This document shows, one piece after another, positions 13,426 to 26,482 of a stretch of DNA of 64,000 nt (positions are counted from its first letter, which is position 1; each line of letters begins with the position of its first letter). The notes under the pieces were generated by a model. The model was not told the DNA's origin and made no database searches. It saw nothing but the letters and a program-made list of their open reading frames with translations. The stretch lies in NCBI GenBank assembly GCA_030390025.1, contig CM059431.1, forward strand, positions 107,448,001 through 107,512,000. Reading direction: 5' to 3'. The position numbers and the translations under genes were made by a program. The stretch comes from Squalus acanthias. Taxonomy: Eukaryota.

Positions 13426-14475
13426 TTTTAAATTCTGTTAAACTATATCTTAGAAGCACTTGTACACTTACAACAGTGACTACACTTTAAAAGTACCTCA
13501 TTGGCTGTAAAGCGCTTTGGGACATCTTGAGATTGCAAAAGGCGCTATATAAATGCAAGTTTTTTCTTTTGTGTATCCCTTAAATGCGTAATCTGATGGT
13601 CGCATTAACCTAGTTTTCAAAGATGTGTTAGTAATGCAACGTTAGCGCACGGATTTTAGTGTCGGACTATGGGGGGTAATTTTAACTCCCACCGCCTGTC
13701 AGAAACCGGGCGATTGAGCAGTTAAAACCGAGTGGGCGAATTAGCCGCTCCGTCCCTGATCCGTTGCGATTTTAAAATGCCTGCTTGGTGAGGCACTCGC
13801 CTGAGTCAGGCAGGAGCCTCGTACCTTTAAGTGAATCCGGGTCGTGTTATGTCAAAAGGACGCCCGGCTCGAGCCCCTGCGATGCTAGCAGCGGCCCGAT
13901 CTTGGTCTCTTCTTCAGCAGCGGGCAGCGTTCTCTACAGCTGGTCTGATAGCTCATAGAGCCTCAGATAGCGTGGATACAGAAGGACGTCTGGTGAGTGT
14001 ATTAATCAATGAACTGTGTGCAGACGGGTGTCTGGTGAACGTATTAATCAGTGAATGAAACCTCAATTAATTGTCCCTAGCCAGTTTTCACATTTGCAAG
14101 AAGTATTCTGTGTGGGTGGACCAGAATGAATACAAAGCCTCCCACATATGTATCATTCCATACTGGATAGCAGATCATAATTTAATGATGGCAAGTTTCC
14201 ATGTTTTACATGGCTTATTTGGCTCATGTAGAAATGCTTGATTAAATGCAAGCCACGGTAATCTGCTTTCCACTTTTCCTTCCTTCAAATGTTGAAGATG
14301 CATTTTTTGACTGTGAAGATACATTCGGAAAATGTCTTCTCTTGTTGCTTTCTTGCCATCTTTGTCTCCATGGAACTTTTGCCTGTGAAGTTTTTTTTTT
14401 CCTAAGTAATGTTAATGTTGGTGTCTCTAGAAAACAGTCATTAAAACGAGGCTTTCTGAGAGATAAAAGTGCATT

Positions 14476-14726
14476 CGCCACCACCTTCAGCCAGAAGTGC
14501 CGAGTGGATGATCCTTTCTCGGCCTCCTCCTGAGGACTCCACCATCGCAGGTGCCAGTTTTCAGCCAATTCGATTCGCACCATGTGATAGCAAAAAGCAG
14601 CTGAGTGCAATGGATACAGCAAAAGATATAGGTCCCGTCTGCAGTGCTGAAGACTTGTGCTTCAGAACTAGCCACGCCTCTAACCAAGCTATTCTAGTAC
14701 AGCTACAATACTGGCATCTCACCCGA
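14476..14726 (+). mobile_element. HER1-like LINE internal fragment
   Basis: FSQKCRVDDP and DTAKxxGP...KTCASELATPLTKLF remnants of ORF2. Confidence 0.7.
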
Positions 14727-15178
14727 TAATTACATAGAATTACATAGAATGTACAGCACAGAAACAGGCAAAGGGGATGCAGGATCAGAGAGACCTGGGG
14801 GTGTATGTACACAAGTCTTTGAAGGTGTCAGGACAAGTTGAGAAGGCTGTTAAAAAGGCATACGGGATCCCTGGATTTATGAATAGAGGCTTAGGCCGCG
14901 ATTTTACTAATGGAGGCGGGTTGGGTGCGGGTCAGGTGGTCGGTGGGTCCCGCTCCCGCCTCTGCTGTCAGGTGGGATAAATTTGCAATTTTGCCCTAAT
15001 TGGGCAATTGATTCCCTGCGTGTGCGCTCCCCTGGCCCAATTAGTCTTTTGGGTCTGAAATTCGCCTCTGCTAACGTCATTTATCAAGCTGCTTTTAAGG
15101 GCTCCAAGCAGCCTTGGTTCATTTTATCCCTCTGTACATCCAGAGTGAATACTTTGCTAATTGTTTGATACTCCTGAA

Positions 15179-17118
15179 ATGTCTAGCTCAAGGCCCAAGG
15201 CCTCACCTCGCTTCGATGATGACTGCCTCCATGCTCTGGTGGAGGGAGCCAGAGCTCAAAAGGAGGTGCTCTTCCCTTCCTCTGGGAGGAAAAAACCTCC
15301 CCAGCAGACCAAAGCTGTGTGGCTGCAACTGGCTCAGGAGGTAAGCTCCAGATCGTTGTGCAGCAGAGCCTGGCTGCAGTGCCGAAAGAGGTTCAATGAT
15401 CTTGTCCGCACACTAAAAGTGAGTATACTATCACCTTTACCCTCATTCTGCTCCCCATCTCCTCTCAGCATCAGCACTCTGCATTGTCAACCTACTCCTA
15501 CACATCCCACTTTACCCTTACATCCCTTGCACCCTTAACCATCCCTCTCTCTCTATGTACACAATCACTTCACTATTCGACTATGCTGCCCTCACACTCG
15601 CTATCACTGTTATGCAATGACAACAACTAACAACACACAGGGAGGGCCCTTGGTATTGGGACCTCACTCCATCTTTGTCTCCTTCTAAGCATCTATGCTA
15701 TGGATTCTCTACACTTACTCCATCATTCTCACTCAAACTCCACTTGTGTCCCTCATTGCAGGAAAAGAGAGCCCACAATAAGAGGGGAAGGGTGAAGACA
15801 GGAGGAGGGCCACCCTCAATAGCCCAGCTCACCAGCACTGAGGAGGCAGCCCTGGAGATCATAGGAGCCGAGGAGGATCTGGAAGTCGGGGACGGACAGA
15901 CGGGCGCATCAGAGCAAGCTGGTGACAGAATAGTTTTGCATCTCATTTACATTGCATGAGTGACTGATATGGCTTCTGATGCTCCTACAGATTGACTTAT
16001 GATCATCTGCACAAGTCCATGTGCATGCTACGCTAATATCACATGTCTAACTCATGCCTTTACTCCCCCACAGGACCATTGACAGCCCCCCTCCCCGCTG
16101 TCCAGGAGGAAGAGCCTGAGCCTGAAGACTCCTCAGAGGAACCTGCAACGTCTGAGGGCGCAGCATCAGCTGAATTAAGCGCACCCAGCACCAGCGCAGA
16201 CACTCACACCTCGGTGGACCTTCGGGAGATAGATTAGTGTTGTCACCTGGTGTATCACAGCTCACAAGTGAGCATCAGTGGATGGTGGAGACAGGGACAG
16301 CAATGGAGAGTCCTCGTCGGAGGCCGCAGGGTGCTTCCAGCTCTGCTCAGCTACATGTGGACCCTGTGCCTCCGGGTCCATCCAGAAAGAGTGCGGTGAT
16401 TGAACTCCAGGAACAAGTGCAGGAGTCTCTGGCAGGTTTTGTCTCCAGGGTCACTGCGAGTGTGGAGAGGATGGAGGAGTCTATCTCTAACATGAGCAGT
16501 GCCTTTGTGGAGGCAATGGCACATGAACGCACCACCACGGAAAGGATGGCCACCTCCGTGGAAAGGCTGGCTTTGGCCATTGAGGAAATAAGTCACCAGA
16601 GTCAGGAAAACATGGTGAATGTTCAGAATAGACTGATGTCTCTGGAGGAGCGATGGGCAGCTATTGAGCAGAGAAACCAGAGCTTCATGGAAGTCCTTTT
16701 GAGTCGGACTGCCAGTGCAGATACGGGTCCTCATGGCCCCCCTGATGTGCAGCAAGGAGCTGTCAAGCCACTTGCTAGCACTGAAGTGGGGCTGACCCAT
16801 GAGAGGGATGTTGGTGGCAGGCAACAAGGAAGTGAGGGCTCCTCTCCAAGTGCTCACACTCCCATGCCACTGAGTAGCCCTCGGTCAGAGCCCCACCAGA
16901 GTCCTCACCCAACTGAGATGGGCGTCTCAGCCCCTGCACAGCCGCAGGAGCAGCAGACTGTTGCCGAGCCCTCACATGTTTGCCACCCCAGAGGACGCCC
17001 GCCAAAGGTGTCGAAGCAGGAGCAGCATGAAAGTGAGCAAGGTGGCTCCACATCTGCTGAAGCCACAGGGGAGGCACCACGTAGAAGCACGTGTAAGAGG
17101 AAGATAAAGCACAATTAG
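15179..17118 (+). pseudogene. Harbinger Myb/SANT-like DNA-binding gene, 3 exons (15179-15418, 15762-15921, 16074-17118), one frameshift near 16217
   Basis: SPRFDD...WLQLAQEV...WLQCRKRFNDL. GT-AG introns with compatible phases 0 and 1. KTGGGPP motif, coiled coil and basic tail. Confidence 0.85.
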
Positions 17119-17386
17119 TCACAAGGGTAGTCACTTGGGTGTTCTGTTCTGTTGTCTTTTGTTTTCTTTAATATTTGACATTGTCATCCTTTTGTGAATG
17201 GATTAAACAGAAGTGATGGCAAACAGTTGAAGTTCTGGCCTATGTGATCTCGGAAATGGAAGTTCCACATTGAGGGCTCAGGGTGACTTGTAATGATGGT
17301 GGTCAGCGTGATAGGAACCCACAGGTTCTTTACATTGTGTCTGGTGTGTTCAGAAGGTGCCAGCCACATTTGTTTGATTCATCTGC

Positions 17387-18606
17387 TTAAGCAAATCTGG
17401 CAAAGATTAGTGCATCCCTTGCATCACGGGCAGCAATGTGCTCACGTGCTGCTGGAACTGGTGCATCCGCCTCCATAAGGCCCTCCTCCTCCTCCTCCCC
17501 CTCATCTGAGGAGGCTATGCGCTGAGCCACTTGTTCCTCTGGCATCTGCAAGCCATGATGCTGTGCGATGTTGTGCAGTGCACAGCAGACCACGACGATT
17601 CTAGAGACCCTGGCTGCTGAGTACTGCAGGGCTCCACCTGATCTATCAAGGCATCTGAATCGCATCTTCAGCAAGCCGATGGTTTGCTCGATAATGGATC
17701 TGGTGGAAATGTGGCTGGCATTGTAGTGCTCCTCAGCTTTGTTCAATGGCCTCCTCAACGGCGTCATCAGCCATGTCTTCAGGAGATAGTCCTTGTCTCC
17801 AAGTAGCCACCCTGGAAAGTTGGTTTGGAGGATTGAAGAGTGGAGGCACATTAGACTGGCACAGGATGAACGAGTCATGACAACTGCCAGGTACTTCACG
17901 CAAACATGCATAATGTCCTTCCTGTGGTTACACACCAGCTGCACGTTGAGGGAGTGGAAGCCCTTGCTGTTGACAAAAACAGCTGGGTTGTGATGGGGTG
18001 CCCTAAGGGCCACATGTGTGCAGTCTACGACGCCCTGCACCCCTTGGCAAGCCTGCCATATTTGTAAAGCCAACCGCACGCACTGTTACACTTGATTGAT
18101 CCGTGGAGAAGTGGATGTAATTGTGTGCCTTGTCAAAGAGGGCATCGATAACCTGTGTGATGCAAGTGTGTGCGGCCGACAGGGAGATGCCGCTGATGTC
18201 TGCTGATGAGCCCTGGAAGGAGCCTGAAGCAAAAAAATTGAGGGCGGTGGTGGCTTTGACAGCCACTGGTAAGGGGGTCCACCCACTCCTCTGGGCTCCA
18301 GGTGTTGGTGCAGCATTGCGCAGATGTCACCGACTACCTCTTGCGAAATTCTCATCCTCCTTTAGCACTGCTGCTCAGTCATGTTGATGAAGGTCATCCT
18401 CGGCCTGTAAATCCTGTGTTGGGGTATCTCCTGCGGCGAGGTGCAGCCCTGCACTGATGCCCTCTGCCCTGTGCAGCATCAGGTGGGTGAGGAGGAGGTT
18501 GGCGCTCCTGCTGTTGGTGCTGCTGTTGTTCCTGGTTCGGCTGCTGCCGCGGCTGCTCATCCTCCGAATCTGAGGACCAGGATGAAAGGAAATAAATGGT
18601 TCCCAT
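17387..18606 (-). pseudogene. Harbinger (HARBI1-like) DDE transposase, frameshifted
   Basis: [54 protein letters not shown]. Split across several ORFs. Confidence 0.92.
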
Positions 18607-19729
18607 GCTGTTGGTAGATATCTCCGTTGAAGAAGCGCTCAGTCAATGTGGGGAGAGGGTTTTCCCAGCAGGTCACAGTGGAGATGGATCTCAGTTTCAC
18701 CACTTCCAAGATCAGTAGACCTGCAAAAGGTTTTCCAAGACCTGAAAAAACAAAGTTCTGCCACCTGCAACTGATCCTTGTTGAAAGCTCCGTTTTTATG
18801 CTGGAGCTGCAGCTGTCAGGAAGCCAGCCACTTGTCAACCCGACACACTTAACTGGCGTGGTTTGGGAACGACATGGAACATGCTGTAAATGTGGTAAAA
18901 TTTAAAAGGGCAGGCAAAATAGGATTACACAGGCAGTTAACAACTTGTTAACTGCCTTAAGGGCCTATCCCGCCGCTTGGTGGCGGGACCGAACGGGAGT
19001 CTGCGAGCCCGCCTTTGGAAAAATTGCACGGAGGCGGGTCTGAACCCGCCGCCATTTTTAGCCATCTTACCACCTGACCCGCCTCCAAACCCACCTCCTC
19101 AGGGCTGATAAAATTGAGCCCTTAGAGTACAAAAGCAAGGAAGTAATGCTAAACATTTATAAAACACTGGTTAGGCCCCAACTGGAGTATTGTGGCCAAT
19201 TCTGCACATCACACCTTAAGCAGGATGTCAAGGCCTCAGAGAGGGTGCAGAGGAGATTTATTAGAATGGTACAAGGGATGAAAGATTTCAGTTATGTGGC
19301 GAGACTGGGGAAACTGTGATTGTTCTTCTTAGTGCAGAGAAGGGTAAGGGGTGATTTGATAGAGGTGTTCAAAATCGTGAATGGTTTGATAGCGTAAATA
19401 AGGAGAAACTGTTTCCAGTGGCAGAAGTGTCAGTAACCAGAGGATACAGATTTAAGGTAATTGGCAAATGAACCAGAGACGACATGGGGAAAAAAAATTA
19501 CGCAGCGAGTTGTTATGATCTGGAATGCACTGCCTGGAAGGGTGGTGGAACAGATCCAATAATAACTTTCACGAAGGGAATTGGATAAATACTTGAAGGG
19601 AAAAAAATTTACATTGCTAAGGGGACAGAGCCGGGAGTGGGACTAATTGAATAAATCTTTCATAGAGCCGGCACAGCCACGATAGGCCAATTGGCCTCCT
19701 TCTGTGCTGTATCACTCCATGATTCTAAG

Positions 19730-20000
19730 AAATCCAACCCGGCCAATTACCGTGCTAACACCCTCCTCCCAATCATTAGCAAACTGATGGAAGATCACCA
19801 ACAGCGCTTTCAAGCAGCACTTACTCAACAATAATCTGCTCACCGATGCCCAGTTTAGGTTTTGCCAGGACAACTTAACTCCAGACTCCACGCGGACTGC
19901 AGCGGTTCAAGAAGAAGGCTCACCACCACCTTCTCAAGAGCAACCAGGGATGGGCAATAAATGCGAGCTTTGCCAGTGACGCCAACATCCCGAAAATGAA
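19730..20000 (+). mobile_element. HER1-like LINE fragments (internally deleted)
   Basis: SNPANYR...AQFRF remnant joined to the 3' tail shared with 12320-12460. Confidence 0.7.
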
Positions 20001-20254
20001 AGCAGACGCTTTGGCGGAATGTTAGCCCTGGCGGGAACAGGGTGCACAAAATGGTGGATGGCCACTTCCTGCTACGTTCGCGCCTGCCGCCATTTTAACT
20101 GCTGTGTTTTTTGGCAGCAGATGGCCACAGACAGGCGGGGGGCCTCATTAATATTTAAGAGTTCACGGTCCAATGGCATCATTCAGACCCGAACCTGATT
20201 TTAATTGCCAATCATTGCAATGAAACTCAGTTTAGGCAGGGTTATGCCCAGATT

Positions 20255-21116
20255 TCAAGAAGACATAGACAGGCTGGTGGAATGGGCAGACACATGGCAG
20301 ATGAAATTTAACGCAGAAAAGTGCAAAGTGATACATTTTGGTAGGAAGAATGAGGAGAGGCAATATAAACTAAAGGGTACAATTCTAAAGGGGGTGCAGG
20401 AACAGAGAGACCTGGGGGCATATGTGCACAAATCATTGGAGGTGGCAGGGCAGGTTGAGAAAGCGGTTAAAAAACATACGGGATCTTGGGCTTTATAAAT
20501 AGAGGCATAGAGTACAAAAGCAAGGAAGTTATGATGAACGTTTATAAACACTGGTTCGGCCTCAACTGGAGTATTGTGTCCAATTCTGGGCACCGCACTT
20601 TAGGGAGGATGTGAAGGCCTTAGAGAGGGTGCAGAAAAGATTTACAAGAATGGTTCCAGGGATGAGGGACTTCAGTTACGTGGATAGACTGGAGAAGCTG
20701 GGGTTGTTCTCCATACAGCAGAGAAGTTGAGAGGAGATTTGATAGAGGTGTTCAAATTCATGATGGGTCTGGACAAAATAGATAGAGAGAAACTGTTCCC
20801 ATTGGCGGAAGGGTCGAGAACCAGAGGGCACAGAATTAAGGCGATTGGCAGAAGAAACAAAGGCGACATGAGGAAAAACTTTTTTACGCAGCGAGTGGTC
20901 AGGATCTGGAATGCACTGCCTGAAAGGGTGGTGGAGGCAGATTCAATTGTGGCTTTCAAAAGAGAATTGGACAAGTACCTGAAGGAAAAAAAATTGCAGG
21001 ACTACGGGGAAAGGGCGGGTAGTGGAACTTGCTGAAGTGCTCTTGCAGGGAGCCAGCTCGGGCTCGATGGGCCGAATGGCCTCCTTCTGTGCTGTAACCA
21101 TTCTCTGACTCTATGA
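20255..21116 (+). mobile_element. CR1-type LINE 3' fragment
   Basis: LVEWADTWQMKFNAEKCKVIHFG, RGDLIEVFK...NFFTQRVVRIWNALP, 3' ttctatga-like tail. Confidence 0.92.
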
Positions 21117-21129
21117 CACTACAGACTTC

Positions 21130-22554
21130 TTGCAGAAACTCAGCACCCATGGACCAGTTGAACCAGGAACACTCCTCGTCACGATGGACGTATCGGCACT
21201 CTACACCAATATCCCCCACAATGACGGCATCGCTGTGACAGCCTCAGTACTCAACACCAACAACAGCCAATCTCCGGACGCCATCCTACAACTCATCCGC
21301 TTCATCCTTGACCACAATGTCTTCACCTTCGACAACCATTTTTTTACCCAAACACACGGAACAGCCATGGGGACCAAATTCGCACCCCAATACGCCAACA
21401 TCTTCATGCACAAGTTCGAGCAAGACTTCTTCGCTGCACAGGACCTCCAACCAACGCTGTACACCAGATACATCGACGACATCTTCTTCCTTTGGACCCA
21501 CGGCGAAGGATCACTGAAAGGACTACACGATAGCATCAACAGGTTCCATCCCACCATCAAACTCACCATGGACTACTCCTCAGAATCGGTTTCATTCTTG
21601 GACACACGAATCTCCATCAAAGACGGACGCCTCAGCACTTCACTCTACCGCAAGCCCACGGACAACCTCACGATGCTCCACTTCTCCAGCTTCCACCCTA
21701 ACCACGTTAAAGAAGCCATCCCCTATGGACAAGCCCTGCGAATACACAGGATCTGCTCAGACGAGGAGGAACGCGATGGACACCTACGGACGCTGAAAAA
21801 CGCCCTCGTAAGAACGGGATATGACGCTCGACTCGTCGATCGACAGTTCCGACGGGCCACAGCGAAAAACCACATAGACCTCCTCAGAAGACGAACACGG
21901 GACACAACCAACAGAGTACCCTACGTCGTCCAGTACTTCCCCGGAGCAGAAAAACTACGCCATGTTCTTCGCAGCCTTCAACATGTCATCGATGACGACG
22001 AACACCTTGCTAAGGCCATCCCCACACCTCCACTACTCGCCTTCAAGCAGCCGCCTAACCTCAAAAGTACCATCGTTCGCAGCAGATTACCCATCTTTCA
22101 GGAGAACAGCAACCAAGACACCACACAACCCTGCCACGGCAACCTCTGCAAGACATGCCAAATCATGGACACAGATACCATCATCACACGTGAGGACACT
22201 ACCCACCAGGTACACGGTACATACTCATGTGACTCGGCCAACGTTGTCTACCTGATACGTTGCAGTAAAGGATGCTCCAGAGCATGGTACATCGGCGAGA
22301 CCATGCAGACACTGAGACAACGTATGAACGGACACCGCGCAACAATCGCCAGGCAGGAGGGTTCCCTCCCAGTCGGGGAACACTTCAGCAGCCAGGGGCA
22401 TTCAGCCTCGGATCTGCGGGTAAGCGTTCTCCAGGGCGGCCTTCGGGATACACGACAGCGCAAAATCATAGAGCAGAAACTGATAGCCAAGTTCCGCACT
22501 CATGAGGATGGCCTCAATCGCGATATCGGGTTCATGTCACGATACAGAACGTGA
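21130..22554 (+). CDS. Penelope-like RT plus GIY-YIG endonuclease (open, N-terminally truncated, 474 aa)
   Basis: MDVSALYTNIPH, GTAMGTKFAPQYA, RYIDD, CKTC, NVVYLIRC...WYIGET...RMNGHR, GLN. Confidence 0.92.
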   Translation: MQKLSTHGPVEPGTLLVTMDVSALYTNIPHNDGIAVTASVLNTNNSQSPDAILQLIRFILDHNVFTFDNHFFTQTHGTAMGTKFAPQYANIFMHKFEQDFFAAQDLQPTLYTRYIDDIFFLWTHGEGSLKGLHDSINRFHPTIKLTMDYSSESVSFLDTRISIKDGRLSTSLYRKPTDNLTMLHFSSFHPNHVKEAIPYGQALRIHRICSDEEERDGHLRTLKNALVRTGYDARLVDRQFRRATAKNHIDLLRRRTRDTTNRVPYVVQYFPGAEKLRHVLRSLQHVIDDDEHLAKAIPTPPLLAFKQPPNLKSTIVRSRLPIFQENSNQDTTQPCHGNLCKTCQIMDTDTIITREDTTHQVHGTYSCDSANVVYLIRCSKGCSRAWYIGETMQTLRQRMNGHRATIARQEGSLPVGEHFSSQGHSASDLRVSVLQGGLRDTRQRKIIEQKLIAKFRTHEDGLNRDIGFMSRYRT

Positions 22555-22789
22555 CTTGACATCATGGCCGGTCTTCCCAGGTGTTTTTTTTTAAAAAGAC
22601 TAGCACAAGAACCAACACAAATTGACAGGATATGCAGCCAGCAGGTGGTTTGACACGTTGGACCCCCTGGGACACATCTCATTGTCTTGGCTGTGCTCTT
22701 AGTGTGTCTTTGATGTAGGGAAATATTTGAATAGATTTTGTCTGTGTTTAAATTGTGAATTCTGGGAGATTCTCTCACTGCTAACTTAC

Positions 22790-22822
22790 CTGAGGAAGGA
22801 GCGACAGCTCCGAAAGCTTGTA
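22790..22822 (+). ncRNA. Minimal hammerhead ribozyme core (Penelope-associated)
   Basis: CTGAGGA-A-GGAGC-gaca-GCTCC-GAAA followed by palindromic AAGCTT. Stem I is not evident. Confidence 0.65.
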
Positions 22823-23229
22823 AAATTAAATAAATCTGTTGGACTATAACCTGGTGTTGTGCGACTTCTCATCTATGATTCTAAGAAGAGACCTAGGTAA
22901 ATTTTTAGCGGGGCAGGTTGGATCAGCAGTGCTCCTCCAGGTCCCGCAAGAAAACCTTGGGCCCTCCCTTGCCCCGGACTGCCATCCCTTTCCCCCAATG
23001 GCGATTGGCCCTGCACCTCCCCCCTGGCCTCATGCCAGAGCTGTCACGGGTGCTTCCTGCCCACCCCAGCCTGGCAAAATACGCTCATGCCCCGAGTTAA
23101 AATCAAGGCTTGTGACATTGCTTAAAATGATTGTATGGCATCTGCCTTCATTTCAGATTGCACTTATTATTACAGAGAAAGGTAACTATTGTAGCTTTCA
23201 ATGCAAAGAATTGCAGAATGTGCAGATTA

Positions 23230-23530
23230 CATAGAATTTACAGCACAGGTAAAAGGCCGTTCGGCCCAACTGGTCCGTGCCGGTGTTTATGCTCCACACG
23301 AGCCTCCTCCCACCCCTCTCCATCTCTCCCTATCAGCAAACCCTTCTATTCCTTGCTCCCTCATGTGTTTATCTAGCTTCCCCTTAAATGCCTCCGTGCT
23401 ATTCGCCTCAACCACTGCATGTGGTAGCGAGTTCCACATTCTCACCACTCTCTGGGTAAAGAAGTTTCTCCTGAATTCCCGATTGGATTTATTAGTGACT
23501 ATCTTATATTGATGGCCTCTAGTTTTGTTC
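23230..23530 (-). mobile_element. CR1-type LINE 3' end
   Basis: Reverse complement of the NFFTQRVVRMWNSL region plus 3' UTR. Confidence 0.8.
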
Positions 23531-24914
23531 TCGCCCCGCAGGTGGATTCAAAGCTCGGAGCATACTTACCCCTTCCATGACCTCCATGGAAATTAGTCAT
23601 ACTACCTTCTCCTACACCAGGGTCAATGGTCTTGTGGTTTGTGCTTCCTCTGCTGTTTCCCCTCCGGCTTGTTTATTGAAAGCAATTTAGTCTTTGGTTG
23701 ACTTTTTAACATTTTTCAGATGTTTTCTGCTCTTGCCCCAGTCCCTGTTTATTTTATTCACATTGCCATGATAGCAATACTTATTTCTGCTCAGAATTTA
23801 CGACATACTTGAGGAGTCGAAGCTTTTATATTAACTTAAATCACCTTCTCGCTGTTTCGGAATTTCATTGAGCAGCAATGTGACTCCCGAACGTGAGGCA
23901 TAACTTTCCAGCTCGCTTTCCTACTCATCATTTTCCGCTGCTTAACACCAGCAGAAACAACACTAGACGTATTTATAAAGGTCAGTTGGCTCATTTCCGG
24001 GCAATTAAGCTGAATAATTGCAATAATTGAAAACCGGAGCTGGTAGCATGGCTAAATTACTGCTAGAAAAAACGTACCACCGTATGCAGACAGTAAGCTG
24101 ATATCAGCTTTGATAGGAGCAGACACACCACATTCTGCCTCGGGAGAGGAAAAAATTGGTCAGGGTTCCCATTCTTGGTCATCAACCAGAAAGATTCACA
24201 TGGACATCAAGTGAGGCTGGAATCGGGCATAGTTGTGGGCACCCACACGGAGGATGCTCATTTGGGTAAAGTACCTGAGGTGTGCCAGTGCTCACGGAAG
24301 CACACTTACCTTCAGGAGAAAAATAATATATTGTATGATAATGTTTTTTATGGTAATTGTGTGGGTTTTCAGTTGACGCAATGCCAAAATGCCAAGAGCA
24401 AAATCTAGTCCAAAGTTTTTTTTTGTGTGTGTGTGGAATTATATTAATTTTAATGATTTTTGCTGTAGTTTGTAATGTAAAGAGAAGAGCATTCAAAATT
24501 GCAGCATCTAAATGCTAATCTTCTTTAGAAGTAGTTTAGTATTCGCCTTTGTCAGGTTCAATTTTTTGAAGTCTTGGATATTTTATCCCGTGGGATTCCC
24601 ACATCAATGCTAATATGCTTAAAATAACATGTTTTAGACAGAGGAATTCTCTCTCTTGGCCCAATTTCTTGGGTATGCGGGGAGTTTGTGATATGCCTCA
24701 GTTGCCTTGAGTGCAGTCTCTTGGGGGGTGAGTTGGAATATCATGCCATCCACACACATCACTGTCTTGTATGGGCTCAGTCCTATCTGTATTCCCAGTT
24801 ACAAGAGGAGGGCTCTCACTCTCAATTTAGCTCTAGGGTCAGCAGGAATGGAAGAGATATGAGTTCACATGGTCTTCTGTTCAGGTCAAATGGGGAGGAG
24901 AAATTATTCACTTC

Positions 24915-25747
24915 GGGCTGGATTTTGAAACTGGGGTCGGGTTGGTGTCGTGAATCACACATTTTGGCTTGTAAACCCGCCTCCATCGAGATGTGGCCAA
25001 CCCACTGTATTTTCCCTTGATTGACCTTGTTGAGCCCACCCAGTGGGCTCAGCAGGCCAATTAAGGGCCACCCGGCAACAGGTGACGTCACAGATTGACA
25101 TTTCATCTGTCAAGAGCTTTTGACAGATGAAATATCAGCGTTTGACAGCTCTGTGAAGCTGTCAAACACTGACAATATGATTTCTAACTTCAGTCCTTCC
25201 TCTCAGGCTGAGTTAGAAATCATTCCACCACAGAAAACAGAAGGCTGCAGTTTTTGACAGGACCACGGCTTTTCTGCTTTCTGTGCCGGTGAGATTTCTG
25301 ACTCCCGAGAACTGAAGGGCTGACACCTGCAGGAGGAAGTTAAGGTAAGTAAAACTTTTTCCCACACTTAGCACTTACCTTACACACTTACCTCTGCACA
25401 CATGCACCCATCACTCACCTGCCCACCGGACATATCGACCCCTCCAACCCCTGCAGACCCACGGTCCGCCCCGATAACTTGGCGTGGTTGCCACCTGTCG
25501 GGAAGCCCACATTTCACCCTTTAAAATAGGGATTATCCAAAAAACTGCCTGTTAACTACCTGTTAACAGGCAGTTAATTGTCACTAATCCCTTCCCACCT
25601 CGGGGAGTCGGGTCTCAGCACAGGTCGGGTACCCGCCGCCAGAGAAACTGGCATGGAGGCGGGTTGGAGTCGGGACCCCCGAATCTGCAACTTTAACCCC
25701 CCACACGCCTCCAAATCCGACTCCACGGGTCATTGAAAATCCAGCCC
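24915..25747. mobile_element. Harbinger-type MITE (833 bp)
   Basis: Perfect 12-bp TIR GGGCTGGATTTT/AAAATCCAGCCC, TTC duplicated on both sides. Confidence 0.88.
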
Positions 25748-26482
25748 TTCCTGTCTATTGATCTCAGCCTTGAATATACTCAACGACTGCACATCCACAG
25801 CCCTTTGGGGTAGAGAATTCCAAAGATTCACAACCCTCTGAGTGAAGAAATGTCTCCTCATCTCAGTCCTAAATGGCCGACCCCTTGTCCTGAGACTGTG
25901 CCCCCTCGGCCCAGACCATCCAGGGTAGTTCTATGTTAGTTGCCCACATTTGACATCCACTTAATTAGCTAATAGGGCAAATAAAATAATATTCAGATCT
26001 ATGATCTACAGCCTATGTGATCAACTGTACCAAAAGAAAGTGGCCTGGTGCTTTGAAATTAACATGTTACGTTCAGGCAAAATTAAAAGCAAATGAAATG
26101 ATATATTGCACATCGACGTAGGGATGTTGGTGACTATAGTCTATTATGTTCCCAAACTAGGAAATCAAATCAAATCAAATCAAATCAATGGCTTAATCTA
26201 GAATAATGTATCCATTTAATGTTTAAATTATATACACAGATCTAGATTTCATTTAGCAGTATTTTGCCATCTTAAATAATTTAAATATATATTCAAGTTC
26301 GATTCTTTCATTTGCGCATATTTTGGTCTTTTTCATAGTTTAGCTATTATACCTGTTTGATTTGTTCTGTGCTCCTCATGATATTCCGTGCACATCCGTT
26401 TCATAGTTTGTGTTTAAAATTAAAAATATAACAGAAATAGTTCGATTGTTTGTATCATATCCACGTAACAATAATTATAACA

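Larger units (their letters stand above)
14894..19121 (+). mobile_element. Full-length (4228 bp) two-gene Harbinger/PIF transposon, inactivated
   Basis: TTA target duplication (14891-14893 and 19122-19124), imperfect TIRs GGCCGCGATTTTA / GGGCTCAATTTTA, convergent Myb-like and DDE transposase genes. Confidence 0.92.
14773..19725 (+). mobile_element. CR1-type LINE fragment split by the Harbinger insertion (pieces 14773-14893 and 19122-19725)
   Basis: Removing 14894-19124 restores aatagaggcttagagtacaaaagcaagg, which matches the uninterrupted copy near 20497-20525. Confidence 0.85.
21117..22871 (+). mobile_element. 5'-truncated Penelope-like element inserted in the CR1 tail
   Basis: RT plus GIY-YIG ORF, 3' region with a hammerhead core, flanked by TCTATGA repeats (21110-21116 and 22872-22878). 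Confidence 0.88.

Noticed and set aside
17387..18606. Host HARBI1 gene
   Set aside because: Frameshifted, paired with a Myb gene and bounded by TIRs and a TSD, so it is a transposon copy.
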